Of a DNA stretch of 40,186 nt, positions 8,174-16,814 are shown in pieces (the first letter of the stretch is position 1; each line of letters opens with the position of its first letter). Both the position numbers and the translations under genes were made by a program. The stretch covers positions 1 through 40,186 of the IMG/VR virus record IMGVR_UViG_2728369554_000009. The stretch is one strand, 5' to 3'. Source of the DNA: a virus (taxonomy: Duplodnaviria > Heunggongvirae > Uroviricota > Caudoviricetes). The notes beneath the pieces are model-generated. The model ran no database searches, was not told the origin of the DNA, and saw only the letters and a list, made by a program, of their open reading frames with translations.

Positions 8174-8518
8174 ATGAGAAAACAGATACAGGCTCTTGGT
8201 CGACTCAAAACAGGCCAGATGAACAAAACAGAATCTGCGTATTGCCAGCACCTTGAGCTGCGTAAACGTGCAGGGGAAATCGCCTGGTATCGATTCGAGG
8301 GTATCAAGCTGCGGTTAGCTGACAACACGTTCTATACGCCAGATTTCGCTGTGATGCTCGCCACCGGAGAGATGGAACTGCACGAAGTGAAAGGTTTCTG
8401 GACCGACGACGCCAGGGTGAAAACCAAAGTCGCCGCAGATCAGTATCCGTTCCGAATCATCGGGGTAACGGTTAAACCAAAGAAAGCAGGTGGCGGCTGG
8501 AACATCGAAGAGTTCTGA
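8174..8518 (+). CDS. DUF1064-family phage protein
   Basis: 114 aa; NKTESAYCQHLELRKRAGEIAWYRFEGIKLRL...YTPDF...HEVKG pattern typical of DUF1064; ATG 3 nt after a TTACC-N5-GGTAA palindrome whose right half supplies the SD. Confidence 0.55.
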   Translation: MRKQIQALGRLKTGQMNKTESAYCQHLELRKRAGEIAWYRFEGIKLRLADNTFYTPDFAVMLATGEMELHEVKGFWTDDARVKTKVAADQYPFRIIGVTVKPKKAGGGWNIEEF

Positions 8519-8579
8519 ATCGACGATCTTTTTAGTTATCAATGTAATCAATAAGTTATGTGGATAAGCGAGGGTAAAG

Positions 8580-9563
8580 ATGGAAAGTAATATCAAAGGG
8601 TTAGTTGCCGCCGGGCATGAGATGGCTTCGGAACTGAACGCAGAATGTGGTGCCGTTGATATGCGCAGTGTGGCAAAGCTGATCAGCGATTTGGCAACGC
8701 AACTGGAAGTGCAACTGGTGCGTGCTAATGCGCTGGCAGCGGAGAATGCTGGGCTTAAGGCCTTCAAAACCGCCGTTTATCAGCAGATGGGCGTCGGATG
8801 TGATGCTCCTGAATTCTCCATTACGACAGGTTTGAGTAACTTACGTCGTTTTGCTGACACACTCCACGCCATTGAACGTGAGTTCTTTACCAAAGAGCTA
8901 CCTGATGAAGAGCACGAAGGCGAAACATTCAATGAATGTCCACTTAGCTGGGGAATGAGCGTCGAACAGTACGTTTCCGAGTTTCGCAAATGCCTGGCTG
9001 AAGTGCGGGCGCAGGGCGTGGATGCTGCTATAGAAGCTGCAAAAAATCTGGTGGCCCAAGAATATGAGTATAAGGATTTCAAAGCGGCGCAGAGTGATTG
9101 CTGTATGCACCCTGGTTCAGACCTAGTAGGGAAGGTTGAAATGACTGAGTGGTTAGTTGACTTTGCTGCCCAGCTTCGCAAAGGAGGCAACCAGGCTGCC
9201 GAATCCAATCGCGGTAATGAGTGGACTGGCAATCCTGATATTGATAACGCCATCATCATGCTCGACCGCATAGATACGCTGGAAAATTGCGATGATGACC
9301 GTATTGAGGCTGTTAAGGCTGTTTTGCGTAGACTGGCTGGCAACTATCCGGTAATTCCGGATGGTTGGATAAGCTGTAGTGAGCGAATGCCGAAAGAAAC
9401 GGGTGACATTATTGTTGTTTCGGATGGCATTGTAATGTCCGGGATTTCTTATTCTCGTCGTGACGGGTTCTATATAGCCGCATTGGAGTACGACGACGAT
9501 GAGCCAATTGGCGGTGTAACCCACTGGATGCCGCTACCGAAACCGCCGCAGGAGGTGAAGTGA
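8580..9563 (+). CDS. Hypothetical protein with C-terminal DUF551-like domain
   Basis: 327 aa; C-terminal WISCSERMP...HWMPLPKPP matches the DUF551 pattern seen in lambdoid nin-region proteins. Confidence 0.55.
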   Translation: MESNIKGLVAAGHEMASELNAECGAVDMRSVAKLISDLATQLEVQLVRANALAAENAGLKAFKTAVYQQMGVGCDAPEFSITTGLSNLRRFADTLHAIEREFFTKELPDEEHEGETFNECPLSWGMSVEQYVSEFRKCLAEVRAQGVDAAIEAAKNLVAQEYEYKDFKAAQSDCCMHPGSDLVGKVEMTEWLVDFAAQLRKGGNQAAESNRGNEWTGNPDIDNAIIMLDRIDTLENCDDDRIEAVKAVLRRLAGNYPVIPDGWISCSERMPKETGDIIVVSDGIVMSGISYSRRDGFYIAALEYDDDEPIGGVTHWMPLPKPPQEVK

Positions 9564-9847
9564 TGGACTCCTTCGCGAAATATACGATTATTGACTGGAT
9601 AGCATTCCTTCAGGTTTTGCTCATCTGGTTTTATATGGCTTACAGGAGTGGACAGTGGATTGTCAGTGTAGCCTGTAGCAAGGGATGGCGTTGGTGGAAC
9701 CGAAAGAATAAAAAAGCACTGGCCTTGGATTCGTTTTACGAAGCATTCAATCTTAACAGTCTTCAGCCTGGTTCTGTCGTTGTAGTCACCACTCAAAGCG
9801 GAATGACGATACAAATTCACAAGCCAAAGGAGGAAGGTCGTGGCTAA
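9563..9847 (+). CDS. Hypothetical small membrane protein
   Basis: ATG 9563 after GGAGGTGAAG; hydrophobic segment IIDWIAFLQVLLIWFYMAY. Confidence 0.4.
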   Translation: MDSFAKYTIIDWIAFLQVLLIWFYMAYRSGQWIVSVACSKGWRWWNRKNKKALALDSFYEAFNLNSLQPGSVVVVTTQSGMTIQIHKPKEEGRG

Positions 9848-10121
9848 CCTGCAACTTGCCGTAAAAGGTGAATACTTCAATGCCATGATTCGCGGAGAGA
9901 AAACGGAAGAGTATCGCTTGTGTAATGACTACTGGAAAAAGCGAATTATGTTCCGGGAGTATGACCGCCTGATTATCACAAGGGGATATCCGAAGCGCGA
10001 CGACTTCAGTCGCAGAATTGACGTCCCGTATGAAGGGTATGAAATCAAGACAATCACACATCCGCACTTCGGCGATAAACCGGTAAAGGTGTTCGCGATA
10101 AAGGTAAATATTGATGGCTAA
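9840..10121 (+). CDS. Hypothetical protein (possible ASCH/PUA-like fold)
   Basis: GTG 9840 after AAAGGAGGAAGG; 93 aa; fold assignment is a weak guess. Confidence 0.4.
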   Translation: MANLQLAVKGEYFNAMIRGEKTEEYRLCNDYWKKRIMFREYDRLIITRGYPKRDDFSRRIDVPYEGYEIKTITHPHFGDKPVKVFAIKVNIDG

Positions 10122-10452
10122 ATCAGCAGCAGAGCGCAAAGCCGCTCAGAGAGCCAGACAAGCTGCATCTGGTGTGCGTAAGCTGGAGATTGTGCTTGAT
10201 GCTCAGGAAATTGAAATGCTTGAGCGGAACTGCGCCGCCCGGCGCCCTGGTCGCGATCCCTATGAAATGGCCGAGTACATCGCGCTGCTGATCCGCCAGG
10301 ATGATGCACGTGTGCGCGGGCGTATAAAATCGATCAGCAGAAAACTTTGCGGTAAGTGCGGCGAGAGAGTTCCCGTTAATTCATGCCCGTGTAATGGTGA
10401 CTCGCAATGCTGGGTGACTAAAGGCTGGCATGAAACGAAATTAATAGTGTGA
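10114..10452 (+). CDS. Hypothetical Cys-rich protein (possible zinc-ribbon regulator upstream of terminase genes)
   Basis: ATG 10114 after AAAGGTAAA; C-terminal CGKCGERVPVNSCPCNGDSQC; stop codon embedded in GTGACATGTCAC palindrome. Confidence 0.5.
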   Translation: MAKSAAERKAAQRARQAASGVRKLEIVLDAQEIEMLERNCAARRPGRDPYEMAEYIALLIRQDDARVRGRIKSISRKLCGKCGERVPVNSCPCNGDSQCWVTKGWHETKLIV

Positions 10453-10460
10453 CATGTCAC
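10449..10460. repeat. 12-bp perfect palindrome GTGACATGTCAC (copy 1)
   Basis: Overlaps stop codon of 10114-10452 gene; ~40 bp upstream of terminator 10502-10528. Confidence 0.8.
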
Positions 10461-10501
10461 GAGTAGATTATGCATGATGAATTTGATGGGTTTTGAATAC
10501 T

Positions 10502-10528
10502 GCCGCCAACTATGGCGGCTTTATTTTG
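10502..10528 (+). terminator. Intrinsic terminator between early region and terS
   Basis: GCCGCC-AACTAT-GGCGGC hairpin followed by TTTATTTT. Confidence 0.7.
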
Positions 10529-10538
10529 CATGGTACTA

Positions 10539-10553
10539 TTACCACAACGGTAA
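10539..10553. promoter_or_regulatory. Operator-like palindrome TTACC-N5-GGTAA upstream of terS
   Basis: TTACCACAACGGTAA; imperfect TTACCACGGTGGTTA at 10557-10571 overlaps terS start. Confidence 0.5.
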
Positions 10554-10570
10554 CTATTACCACGGTGGTT

Positions 10571-11167
10571 ATGATGCCTGCTGAACCTAAAACCTATAAA
10601 CGCAAATCAACGCAATTTAAGCCACTAACAGCAATGCAGGAGGCTTATTGCCAGTCATACATCAAAACGCCTGAAAACCAGACTCAGGCAGCGATTAACG
10701 CAGGATTCTCCCCAAATACAGCGGCAGTTAAAGCCAGTGTCATGATGCGCGATGAACGCATTCAAAAACGGATTGCCGAGTTGATGGAGGAGCGCAACAA
10801 ACGAATGCGCGTCAGTGCTGATTACGTTCTCATGCGCCTGGTGGAGATCGACCAGATGGACGTGATCGACATCCTCAACGACGATGGGAGCCTTAAGCCA
10901 ATCCGCGAGTGGCCGAAAATCTGGCGCACTACGCTTAGCGGCTTTGATCTGTCATCGACCATCATGAACATGAACGAGGATTCGATAGAGACAATCCTCA
11001 AAAAAATTAAATGGCCTGACAAGGTGAAGAACCTCGAACTGATTGGTAAGCACGTCGACGTCAAAGCATTCAAAGAACGCCTGGATGTTAATGTGAATGT
11101 GACAATTGCTGATCGCATAGCAGCAGCCAGGAAGCGACTCAAAGAACGTCAGGATGGTAATCAGTGA
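10571..11167 (+). CDS. terS: Terminase small subunit
   Basis: AYCQSYIKTPENQTQAAINAGFSPNTAAVKASVMMRDERIQKRI resembles Terminase_2-type small subunits; immediately upstream of and overlapping terL. Confidence 0.75.
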   Translation: MMPAEPKTYKRKSTQFKPLTAMQEAYCQSYIKTPENQTQAAINAGFSPNTAAVKASVMMRDERIQKRIAELMEERNKRMRVSADYVLMRLVEIDQMDVIDILNDDGSLKPIREWPKIWRTTLSGFDLSSTIMNMNEDSIETILKKIKWPDKVKNLELIGKHVDVKAFKERLDVNVNVTIADRIAAARKRLKERQDGNQ

Positions 11168-12639
11168 CAGATACAGTGTTATCTCCTGAAGAGCAGTTGA
11201 TCGAGGATATTGCAGGGTTTACTCACGATCCGCTTGGTTATGCCCTCTATGCGTTCCCGTGGGGGGAAGAGGGGACTGAACTGGCACATGCTACTGGCCC
11301 ACGTCAGTGGCAGGCTGATGCGTTCCGAGAGATACGTGATCACCTGCAGAATCCAGAGACGCGCTATCAGCCGCTTATGCTGGCACGCGCTTCTGGTCAC
11401 GGTATTGGTAAATCCGCATTCATCTCAATGCTGATCAACTGGGGCATGTCCACTTGCGAGGATTGTAAGGTCGTGGTGACCGCCAACACCGACAACCAGC
11501 TACGAACGAAGACCTGGCCGGAAATTATCAAGTGGTCGAACCTTGCTATCACGGAAGACTGGTTTACCTGTACCGCTACCGCGATGTACAGCAATGACCC
11601 TGGGCACGACAAGCGGTGGCGTGCTGACGCAATACCCTGGTCTGAGCACAACACTGAGGCGTTCGCCGGACTACACAACGAGCGCAAACGCATCATCGTG
11701 GTGTTTGATGAAGCGTCGAACATTGCGGATCTGGTGTGGGAAGTTGCTGAGGGTGCGCTTACGGACGAAGACACTGAGATTATCTGGGTGGCGTTCGGAA
11801 ACCCGACGCGTAATACCGGACGTTTCCGTGAATGTTTCCGCAAGTATAAACACCGCTGGAAAACTGCGCAGATTGACAGTCGGACGGTGGAAGGTACCAA
11901 CAAACAGCAGTTGCAGAAATGGGTTGATGACTACGGGGAAGACAGCGACTTCGTTAAAATCCGTGTGCGTGGCATATTCCCTGATGCATCTGAATTGCAG
12001 TTTATCCCTACCGGTCTTACTGACGAGGCAATGAAACGGGTGGTAACCGCTGCGCAGGTTGCACATGCTCCGGTGATAATCGGCGTTGACCCGGCATACT
12101 CCGGCGTTGATGACGCTGTGATATACCTGCGGCAGGGGCTACACAGTAAGGTGCTGTGGACTGGCAACAAGACTACCGACGATCTGATTATGGCGAAGCG
12201 TATCGCTGACTTTGAAGACCAGTATCAGGCTGACGCGGTGTTCATCGACTTCGGTTACGGAACCGGTTTGAAGTCAATCGGTGACGGCTGGGGTCGTACA
12301 TGGCAACTTGTTCCGTTCGGTGGCGCGTCTACTGACCCGCAGATGCTTAACAAGCGTGGGGAGATGTTCAACTCATGTAAGACATGGCTGAGGCTGGGCG
12401 GCATGCTGGATGACCAGGAAACTGCAGACGACCTGTCGGCGGCAGAGTACAAAGTTCGCGTGGACGGTAAAATCGTTATCGAACCGAAGGAGGATATCAA
12501 GGAGCGGCTTGGGCGTTCGCCGGGTAAAGGCGATGCGCTACTGCTGACGTTTGCGTTCCCTGTGTCGAAGCGTCTGCGAATTCCCGGTCAGCAGAACCAG
12601 CAAGGCAAGGCCATCACAGATTACGATCCCTATGCTTAA
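11164..12639 (+). CDS. terL: Terminase large subunit
   Basis: 491 aa; Walker A-like ARASGHGIGKS and Walker B-like IIVVFDEAS; GTG start overlapping terS stop. Confidence 0.92.
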   Translation: MTDTVLSPEEQLIEDIAGFTHDPLGYALYAFPWGEEGTELAHATGPRQWQADAFREIRDHLQNPETRYQPLMLARASGHGIGKSAFISMLINWGMSTCEDCKVVVTANTDNQLRTKTWPEIIKWSNLAITEDWFTCTATAMYSNDPGHDKRWRADAIPWSEHNTEAFAGLHNERKRIIVVFDEASNIADLVWEVAEGALTDEDTEIIWVAFGNPTRNTGRFRECFRKYKHRWKTAQIDSRTVEGTNKQQLQKWVDDYGEDSDFVKIRVRGIFPDASELQFIPTGLTDEAMKRVVTAAQVAHAPVIIGVDPAYSGVDDAVIYLRQGLHSKVLWTGNKTTDDLIMAKRIADFEDQYQADAVFIDFGYGTGLKSIGDGWGRTWQLVPFGGASTDPQMLNKRGEMFNSCKTWLRLGGMLDDQETADDLSAAEYKVRVDGKIVIEPKEDIKERLGRSPGKGDALLLTFAFPVSKRLRIPGQQNQQGKAITDYDPYA

Positions 12640-12688
12640 TCCGCTGGTGGGGATAATATCGTTGATATCCTCTGGTGAGGATAAAACA

Positions 12689-12714
12689 AAGCCAGCTCAT
12701 AGGCTGGCTGTTTG
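12689..12714. terminator. Bidirectional intrinsic terminator after terL / after minus-strand moron
   Basis: GCCAGC-TCATAG-GCTGGC hairpin flanked by A-run and T-rich run. Confidence 0.6.
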
Positions 12715-12725
12715 TGACATGTCAC
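12714..12725. repeat. 12-bp perfect palindrome GTGACATGTCAC (copy 2)
   Basis: Abuts bidirectional terminator 12689-12714 between terL and the minus-strand moron. Confidence 0.8.
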
Positions 12726-12729
12726 GGTG

Positions 12730-13062
12730 TTATTTCGGTAGATTGTGTTTGGCATTCGACTCGTCTATCACGTAACGCATTGCAGTTCGACCGAGATTAC
12801 CAGGATCTTCATGCAGACTCACTCGTGCCTTTAGGAGCACACATTCAGCCTTGACATAGTTTGCTGGAATTATTCCTACCTCGGCATTTTTAAATGCCTC
12901 CTTCACCGCCTCACCGTTGTACTGACCGCCAAGCAACTCTGTACATGTCAGGTTGTTATGGATAATTGCAAGGAGATCTTTAATCTCTTCACGCAGGTTT
13001 ACAATCGCCATCGCGGCATTGATAGCTGCGGCATAGCGCTCAGCTGCAGTCTTCTCTTTCAT
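12730..13062 (-). CDS. Hypothetical moron protein (opposite strand to packaging/structural genes)
   Basis: ATG 13062 (MKEKTAAERYAAAINAAMAIVNLREE...) after AAGGTG; own bidirectional terminator downstream; ORF-track start at 13158 less likely (runs through a terminator hairpin). Confidence 0.5.
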   Translation of the reverse strand: MKEKTAAERYAAAINAAMAIVNLREEIKDLLAIIHNNLTCTELLGGQYNGEAVKEAFKNAEVGIIPANYVKAECVLLKARVSLHEDPGNLGRTAMRYVIDESNAKHNLPK

Positions 13063-13073
13063 GATTTTCACCT

Positions 13074-13099
13074 TAAAAAAATGCCCGGACGAACCGGGC
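13074..13099 (-). terminator. Intrinsic terminator (minus orientation) immediately upstream of moron gene
   Basis: GCCCGG-ACGAA-CCGGGC hairpin followed on minus strand by T8; sits between a short hydrophobic ORF and the moron SD. Confidence 0.6.
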
Positions 13100-13803
13100 G
13101 AATGATCAACGGAGTGCCTTCCTTGGCGGGTGATGCAGGGTTTACAGCGCAACGTCATCGGAATGGCGTTCTGCTGTAAAAAGGGCGGTGGTCAGAAGAA
13201 GGAGAACTGCCACCGCCAAAGCTACACGCATTGCCTGGTACTGCCGTATCACGGTCCTAACGTGATTGGGTTGTGGTGGCCGGTGCTGATCTCCGGCTTG
13301 AAATATGCTCAGTGTTAGCTGCCACTCTCTCAAGAGGATATGCGTCATGATTTTCACTGAGTTTGTTGGGTAACCCTGACTTCCGGCTATTCACGCAGCT
13401 TGTCTTCCAACTCAGGCTTATGCCTTACCCATTCCCCCACGTTCACGGGGTGCGCATCAGCCTGCGCATTCACCACAACGGAAAGAGCACTGACTTCGAG
13501 CAGACCTTGGGCCCAGGAACGACGATCAATCTCAATGCTCTTACCTGTTGCATCCTCGTCTCTTCCGAGGTGTCACACCTGATCGCCGGGATGGTGAATC
13601 CCCGTGCGCGGAATAAAACCGCTCGACTTGCACATTCCGGCTACCTGGTTCGTTTGCCCGAGCAAGGGAGGGTGCCCCTTAAACGTATCCAGACCGCTAT
13701 CGGCGCATGTGCCATACGCCGTACTGCTCAAAATAAAAGCTCACTCCACCTGTTCAATTTAACGACAAGCCAGTCAGGTTAGTAACCGGAATGAACTCTT
13801 TGG

Positions 13804-13818
13804 TTACCTGAAAGGTAA
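13804..13818. promoter_or_regulatory. Operator-like palindrome TTACC-N5-GGTAA upstream of portal operon
   Basis: TTACCTGAAAGGTAA ~90 bp upstream of 13909 gene. Confidence 0.5.
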
Positions 13819-13908
13819 TAATTTGTGCGTTAAATGTCAACTACCTACGATAAATAAATCATATGTGGTTAAATTGGTAATAATTTAATTGCGTACGGAG
13901 TCATTGAT

Positions 13909-14115
13909 ATGTGCATGGGTAGCTCACCATCAGTGCCTGCAACACCAGAAGTTCAGGCAGCACCACAGGAGCAGGATGCCGCCGTTGTTGATGCCCGCGA
14001 CGAAGAAACTCGTCGCCGTCGCGCTGCTGCTGGTCGTAGTTCTACGCTGCTTACCGGTTCTCAGGGTGACACATCAACCGCTAATACCAGCGGTAAAACG
14101 CTGCTTGGTCAGTAA
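13909..14115 (+). CDS. Small hypothetical protein upstream of portal
   Basis: 68 aa; translation-initiation region ACGGAGTCATTGATATG nearly identical to that of the portal gene. Confidence 0.4.
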   Translation: MCMGSSPSVPATPEVQAAPQEQDAAVVDARDEETRRRRAAAGRSSTLLTGSQGDTSTANTSGKTLLGQ

Positions 14116-14129
14116 CCGGAGTCATTGAA

Positions 14130-15809
14130 ATGGCGGAAACAACTAAAGAGCGATTGAACAAACAGTTCGCACAACTTGAAAGCGAGCGTCAGTCGTTCGA
14201 GCCGCACTGGCGCGAGTTGAGTGATTACATCAACCCGCGTGGTTCCCGCTTTCTGACTTCTGAGGTCAACCGTAACGATCGACGCAATACACGCATTATT
14301 GATTCGACCGGGACTATGGCGGCGCGCACTCTCGCCAGCGGCATGATGTCAGGCATCACAAGCCCCGCGCGTCCGTGGTTTCGCCTGGCTACGCCAGATC
14401 CTGAAATGATGGATTATGGCCCTGTTAAGTTGTGGCTTGAGGCGGTGCAGAACCGCATGAACGATATGTTCAATAAGTCGAATCTCTATCAGTCGCTGCC
14501 GCAGTTATACGGAAGCCTCGGCACATACAGCACTGGTGCAATGGCAGTGCTGGAGGATGACGAGGACATCATTCGCACAATGCCATTCCCGATAGGCAGT
14601 TACTACCTGGCTAACTCACCTCGTGGCAGTGTGGACACCTGTTTTCGCAAGTTCTCTATGACTGTTCGTCAGCTTGTTCAGGAGTTCGGGCTAAATAACG
14701 TCAGCGAATCCGTAAAAAGCATGTGGGAAAGCGGCACCTACGAGAAGTGGATTGAAGTGATGCATTCGGTTTACCCGAACATTGACCGCGATACATCGAA
14801 GCTGGATAGCAAGAACAAGCCATTCAAATCGGTTTATTACGAGGTTGGTGGCGATAACGACAAGTTGTTGCGTGAGTCCGGATTCGATGAGTTTCCAATT
14901 ATGGCTCCGAGCTGGGAAGTTAACGGCGAAGATGTTTATGGATCATCATGCCCGGGTATGCTGGCGCTTGGACCTGTTAAGGCATTGCAGCTTCTCCAGA
15001 AGCGCAAGTCGCAGTTGATTGATAAAGCCACCAATCCGCCGATGGTTGCTCCGACTTCCCTCAAGAATCAGCGTGCCTCCCTTCTTCCTGGCGACATCAC
15101 GTATATCGATCAGATTACTGGTCAGGATGGTTTCAGGCCTGCTTATCTGGTTAACCCCAGTACAGCAGATTTGGTGGCAGACATTCAGGACACCCGTCAA
15201 ATCATTAACAGCGCCTACTTTGTCGATCTGTTCATGATGTTGCAGAACATCAATACCCGCTCGATGCCTGTTGAAGCGGTGATCGAAATGAAAGAAGAAA
15301 AACTTCTGATGTTGGGGCCGGTTCTGGAGCGTCTGAACGACGAATGTCTTAATCCTCTCATTGACCGCGCTTTCTCGATGATGGTGCGTAAAAACATGCT
15401 GCCGCCACCGCCTGACGCGATGGAAGGTATGCCCCTGAAGGTCGAATACATTTCCGTCATGGCTCAGGCGCAGAAGTCTATCGGCCTGTCCAGTCTGGCG
15501 TCCACGGTTAACTTCATTGGTCAACTTGCGCAAGCGAAACCAGAAGCTCTCGACAAACTCAACGTTGATCAGGCGATCGATGCATTCGCTGATATGTCCG
15601 GAGTGTCTCCAACCGTCATTGTTCCGCAGGAACAGGTTGAGCAGGCTCGCCAGCAACGGGCACAGCAACAACAGCAGCAACAAATGATGGCGATGGGGAT
15701 GGCGGCGGCACAGGGTGCCAAGACGCTAAGCGAAGCTAAAACTTCGGATCCGAGTGTTTTGTCAGCTATGGCGAATGCAGTTAGTGGTCAGGGTGGGCAA
15801 TCACAATGA
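14130..15809 (+). CDS. Portal (head-to-tail connector) protein, T7-like
   Basis: 559 aa; downstream of terL; Q-rich C-terminus QQRAQQQQQQQMMAMGMAAAQGA resembles the T7 gp8 tail (recalled from memory). Confidence 0.88.
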   Translation: MAETTKERLNKQFAQLESERQSFEPHWRELSDYINPRGSRFLTSEVNRNDRRNTRIIDSTGTMAARTLASGMMSGITSPARPWFRLATPDPEMMDYGPVKLWLEAVQNRMNDMFNKSNLYQSLPQLYGSLGTYSTGAMAVLEDDEDIIRTMPFPIGSYYLANSPRGSVDTCFRKFSMTVRQLVQEFGLNNVSESVKSMWESGTYEKWIEVMHSVYPNIDRDTSKLDSKNKPFKSVYYEVGGDNDKLLRESGFDEFPIMAPSWEVNGEDVYGSSCPGMLALGPVKALQLLQKRKSQLIDKATNPPMVAPTSLKNQRASLLPGDITYIDQITGQDGFRPAYLVNPSTADLVADIQDTRQIINSAYFVDLFMMLQNINTRSMPVEAVIEMKEEKLLMLGPVLERLNDECLNPLIDRAFSMMVRKNMLPPPPDAMEGMPLKVEYISVMAQAQKSIGLSSLASTVNFIGQLAQAKPEALDKLNVDQAIDAFADMSGVSPTVIVPQEQVEQARQQRAQQQQQQQMMAMGMAAAQGAKTLSEAKTSDPSVLSAMANAVSGQGGQSQ

Positions 15810-16102
15810 CAGATTACGAAGACGATCAACTGAAAGAAGAAAACGCCCGTAAGCAACGTGACATGGCACAGCGTGAAATTGATGACATTTGCTTTGTCAT
15901 GAGCAGTGAACAGGGGCGTCGCGTTGTCTGGTCGGTGCTGGAGAAAGGCCGTGTGTTTTCCGCTATCTCACCGATGGACGCTATGGCAATGGCATTTAAT
16001 GAGGGGCAACGCAATCTGGCGCTGGAACTGTTTCAGCGCGTTATGGCGCATTGCCCTGAACAGTATTTGAAGATGGCCAAAGAGGCCAGTGAACAGGAGT
16101 GA
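15806..16102 (+). CDS. Hypothetical head-assembly protein
   Basis: 98 aa, overlaps portal stop; between portal and scaffold. Confidence 0.5.
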   Translation: MTDYEDDQLKEENARKQRDMAQREIDDICFVMSSEQGRRVVWSVLEKGRVFSAISPMDAMAMAFNEGQRNLALELFQRVMAHCPEQYLKMAKEASEQE

Positions 16103-16104
16103 TC

Positions 16105-16800
16105 ATGAATTTATTTGAGCGTTTGCTGTATCGCCGTCTTTGCAATGAGCAACCAGTCGATGGTGGAGCAGCTCCGGCTGCGTCAGAACCGTCAGCGCCT
16201 GCAGGTGATAACCCTGCTCCAGTTGGTGATCCATCACAACAGGAAGGTGATAAGCCACAACCTGTTGCTGATGGCGATAAACCTGATGATGAAAAAAAAT
16301 CTGAAAACGATAAGCAGGGTGAAAAAAAGGACGGCGATAAACCAGAGGGTGCGCCGGAGAAGTACGAATTTCATGCTGCCGAAGGCGTAGAGCTGGATAC
16401 AGAAGCGTTGAAGGAATTCGAGCCGGTGGCGCGAGAACTAAACCTGACCAACGAGCAAGCGCAAAAGCTGGTTGATGCTTATCCGAAGATTCTGGCAGGT
16501 GTGCAGCAGCGCCAGGCAGAAGCCTGGCAGAAAACAACCGAGCAGTGGGCTGCTGATGTAAAAGCTGACAAAGAAATTGGTGGCGACAAGTTGATTTCTA
16601 ACCTTAGCGCCGCACAGCGTGCGCTTGACCAGTTCGGGACACCCGAGCTCAAAGAATATCTGAACACCACCGGGCTGGGTAATCACCCTGATCTGGTCAA
16701 AACGTTCGTGAAAATCGGAAAGGCGATGTCTGAAGATGGCATGGTCACCGGTGGTAATGAAGGCCAGCGTAGTGCGGCCGAAGTGCTCTATGGCAAATAA
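16105..16800 (+). CDS. Scaffolding protein
   Basis: Acidic, low-complexity, helix-prone protein directly upstream of major capsid gene; ATG 16105 after CAGGAG. Confidence 0.7.
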   Translation: MNLFERLLYRRLCNEQPVDGGAAPAASEPSAPAGDNPAPVGDPSQQEGDKPQPVADGDKPDDEKKSENDKQGEKKDGDKPEGAPEKYEFHAAEGVELDTEALKEFEPVARELNLTNEQAQKLVDAYPKILAGVQQRQAEAWQKTTEQWAADVKADKEIGGDKLISNLSAAQRALDQFGTPELKEYLNTTGLGNHPDLVKTFVKIGKAMSEDGMVTGGNEGQRSAAEVLYGK

Positions 16801-16814
16801 GAGAGGAAATGACA

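Noticed and set aside
10447-10462. GTGACATGTCAC as a CRP binding site
   Set aside because: Half-sites TGTGA/TCACA are separated by 4 bp rather than the 6 bp required by the CRP consensus.
13130-13318. 62-aa plus-strand ORF
   Set aside because: No SD, Cys/Gly/Lys-rich low-complexity translation; overlaps the more plausible short hydrophobic minus-strand ORF and terminator.
13363-13782. 139-aa plus-strand ORF
   Set aside because: Not protein-like (Leu/Arg/His-rich, no SD); the opposite strand carries a more protein-like but interrupted reading frame, so region treated as non-coding/remnant.
14946-15683. 245-aa minus-strand ORF
   Set aside because: Antisense to the portal gene; composition (Leu/Arg/His-rich) typical of spurious antisense reading frames in coding DNA.
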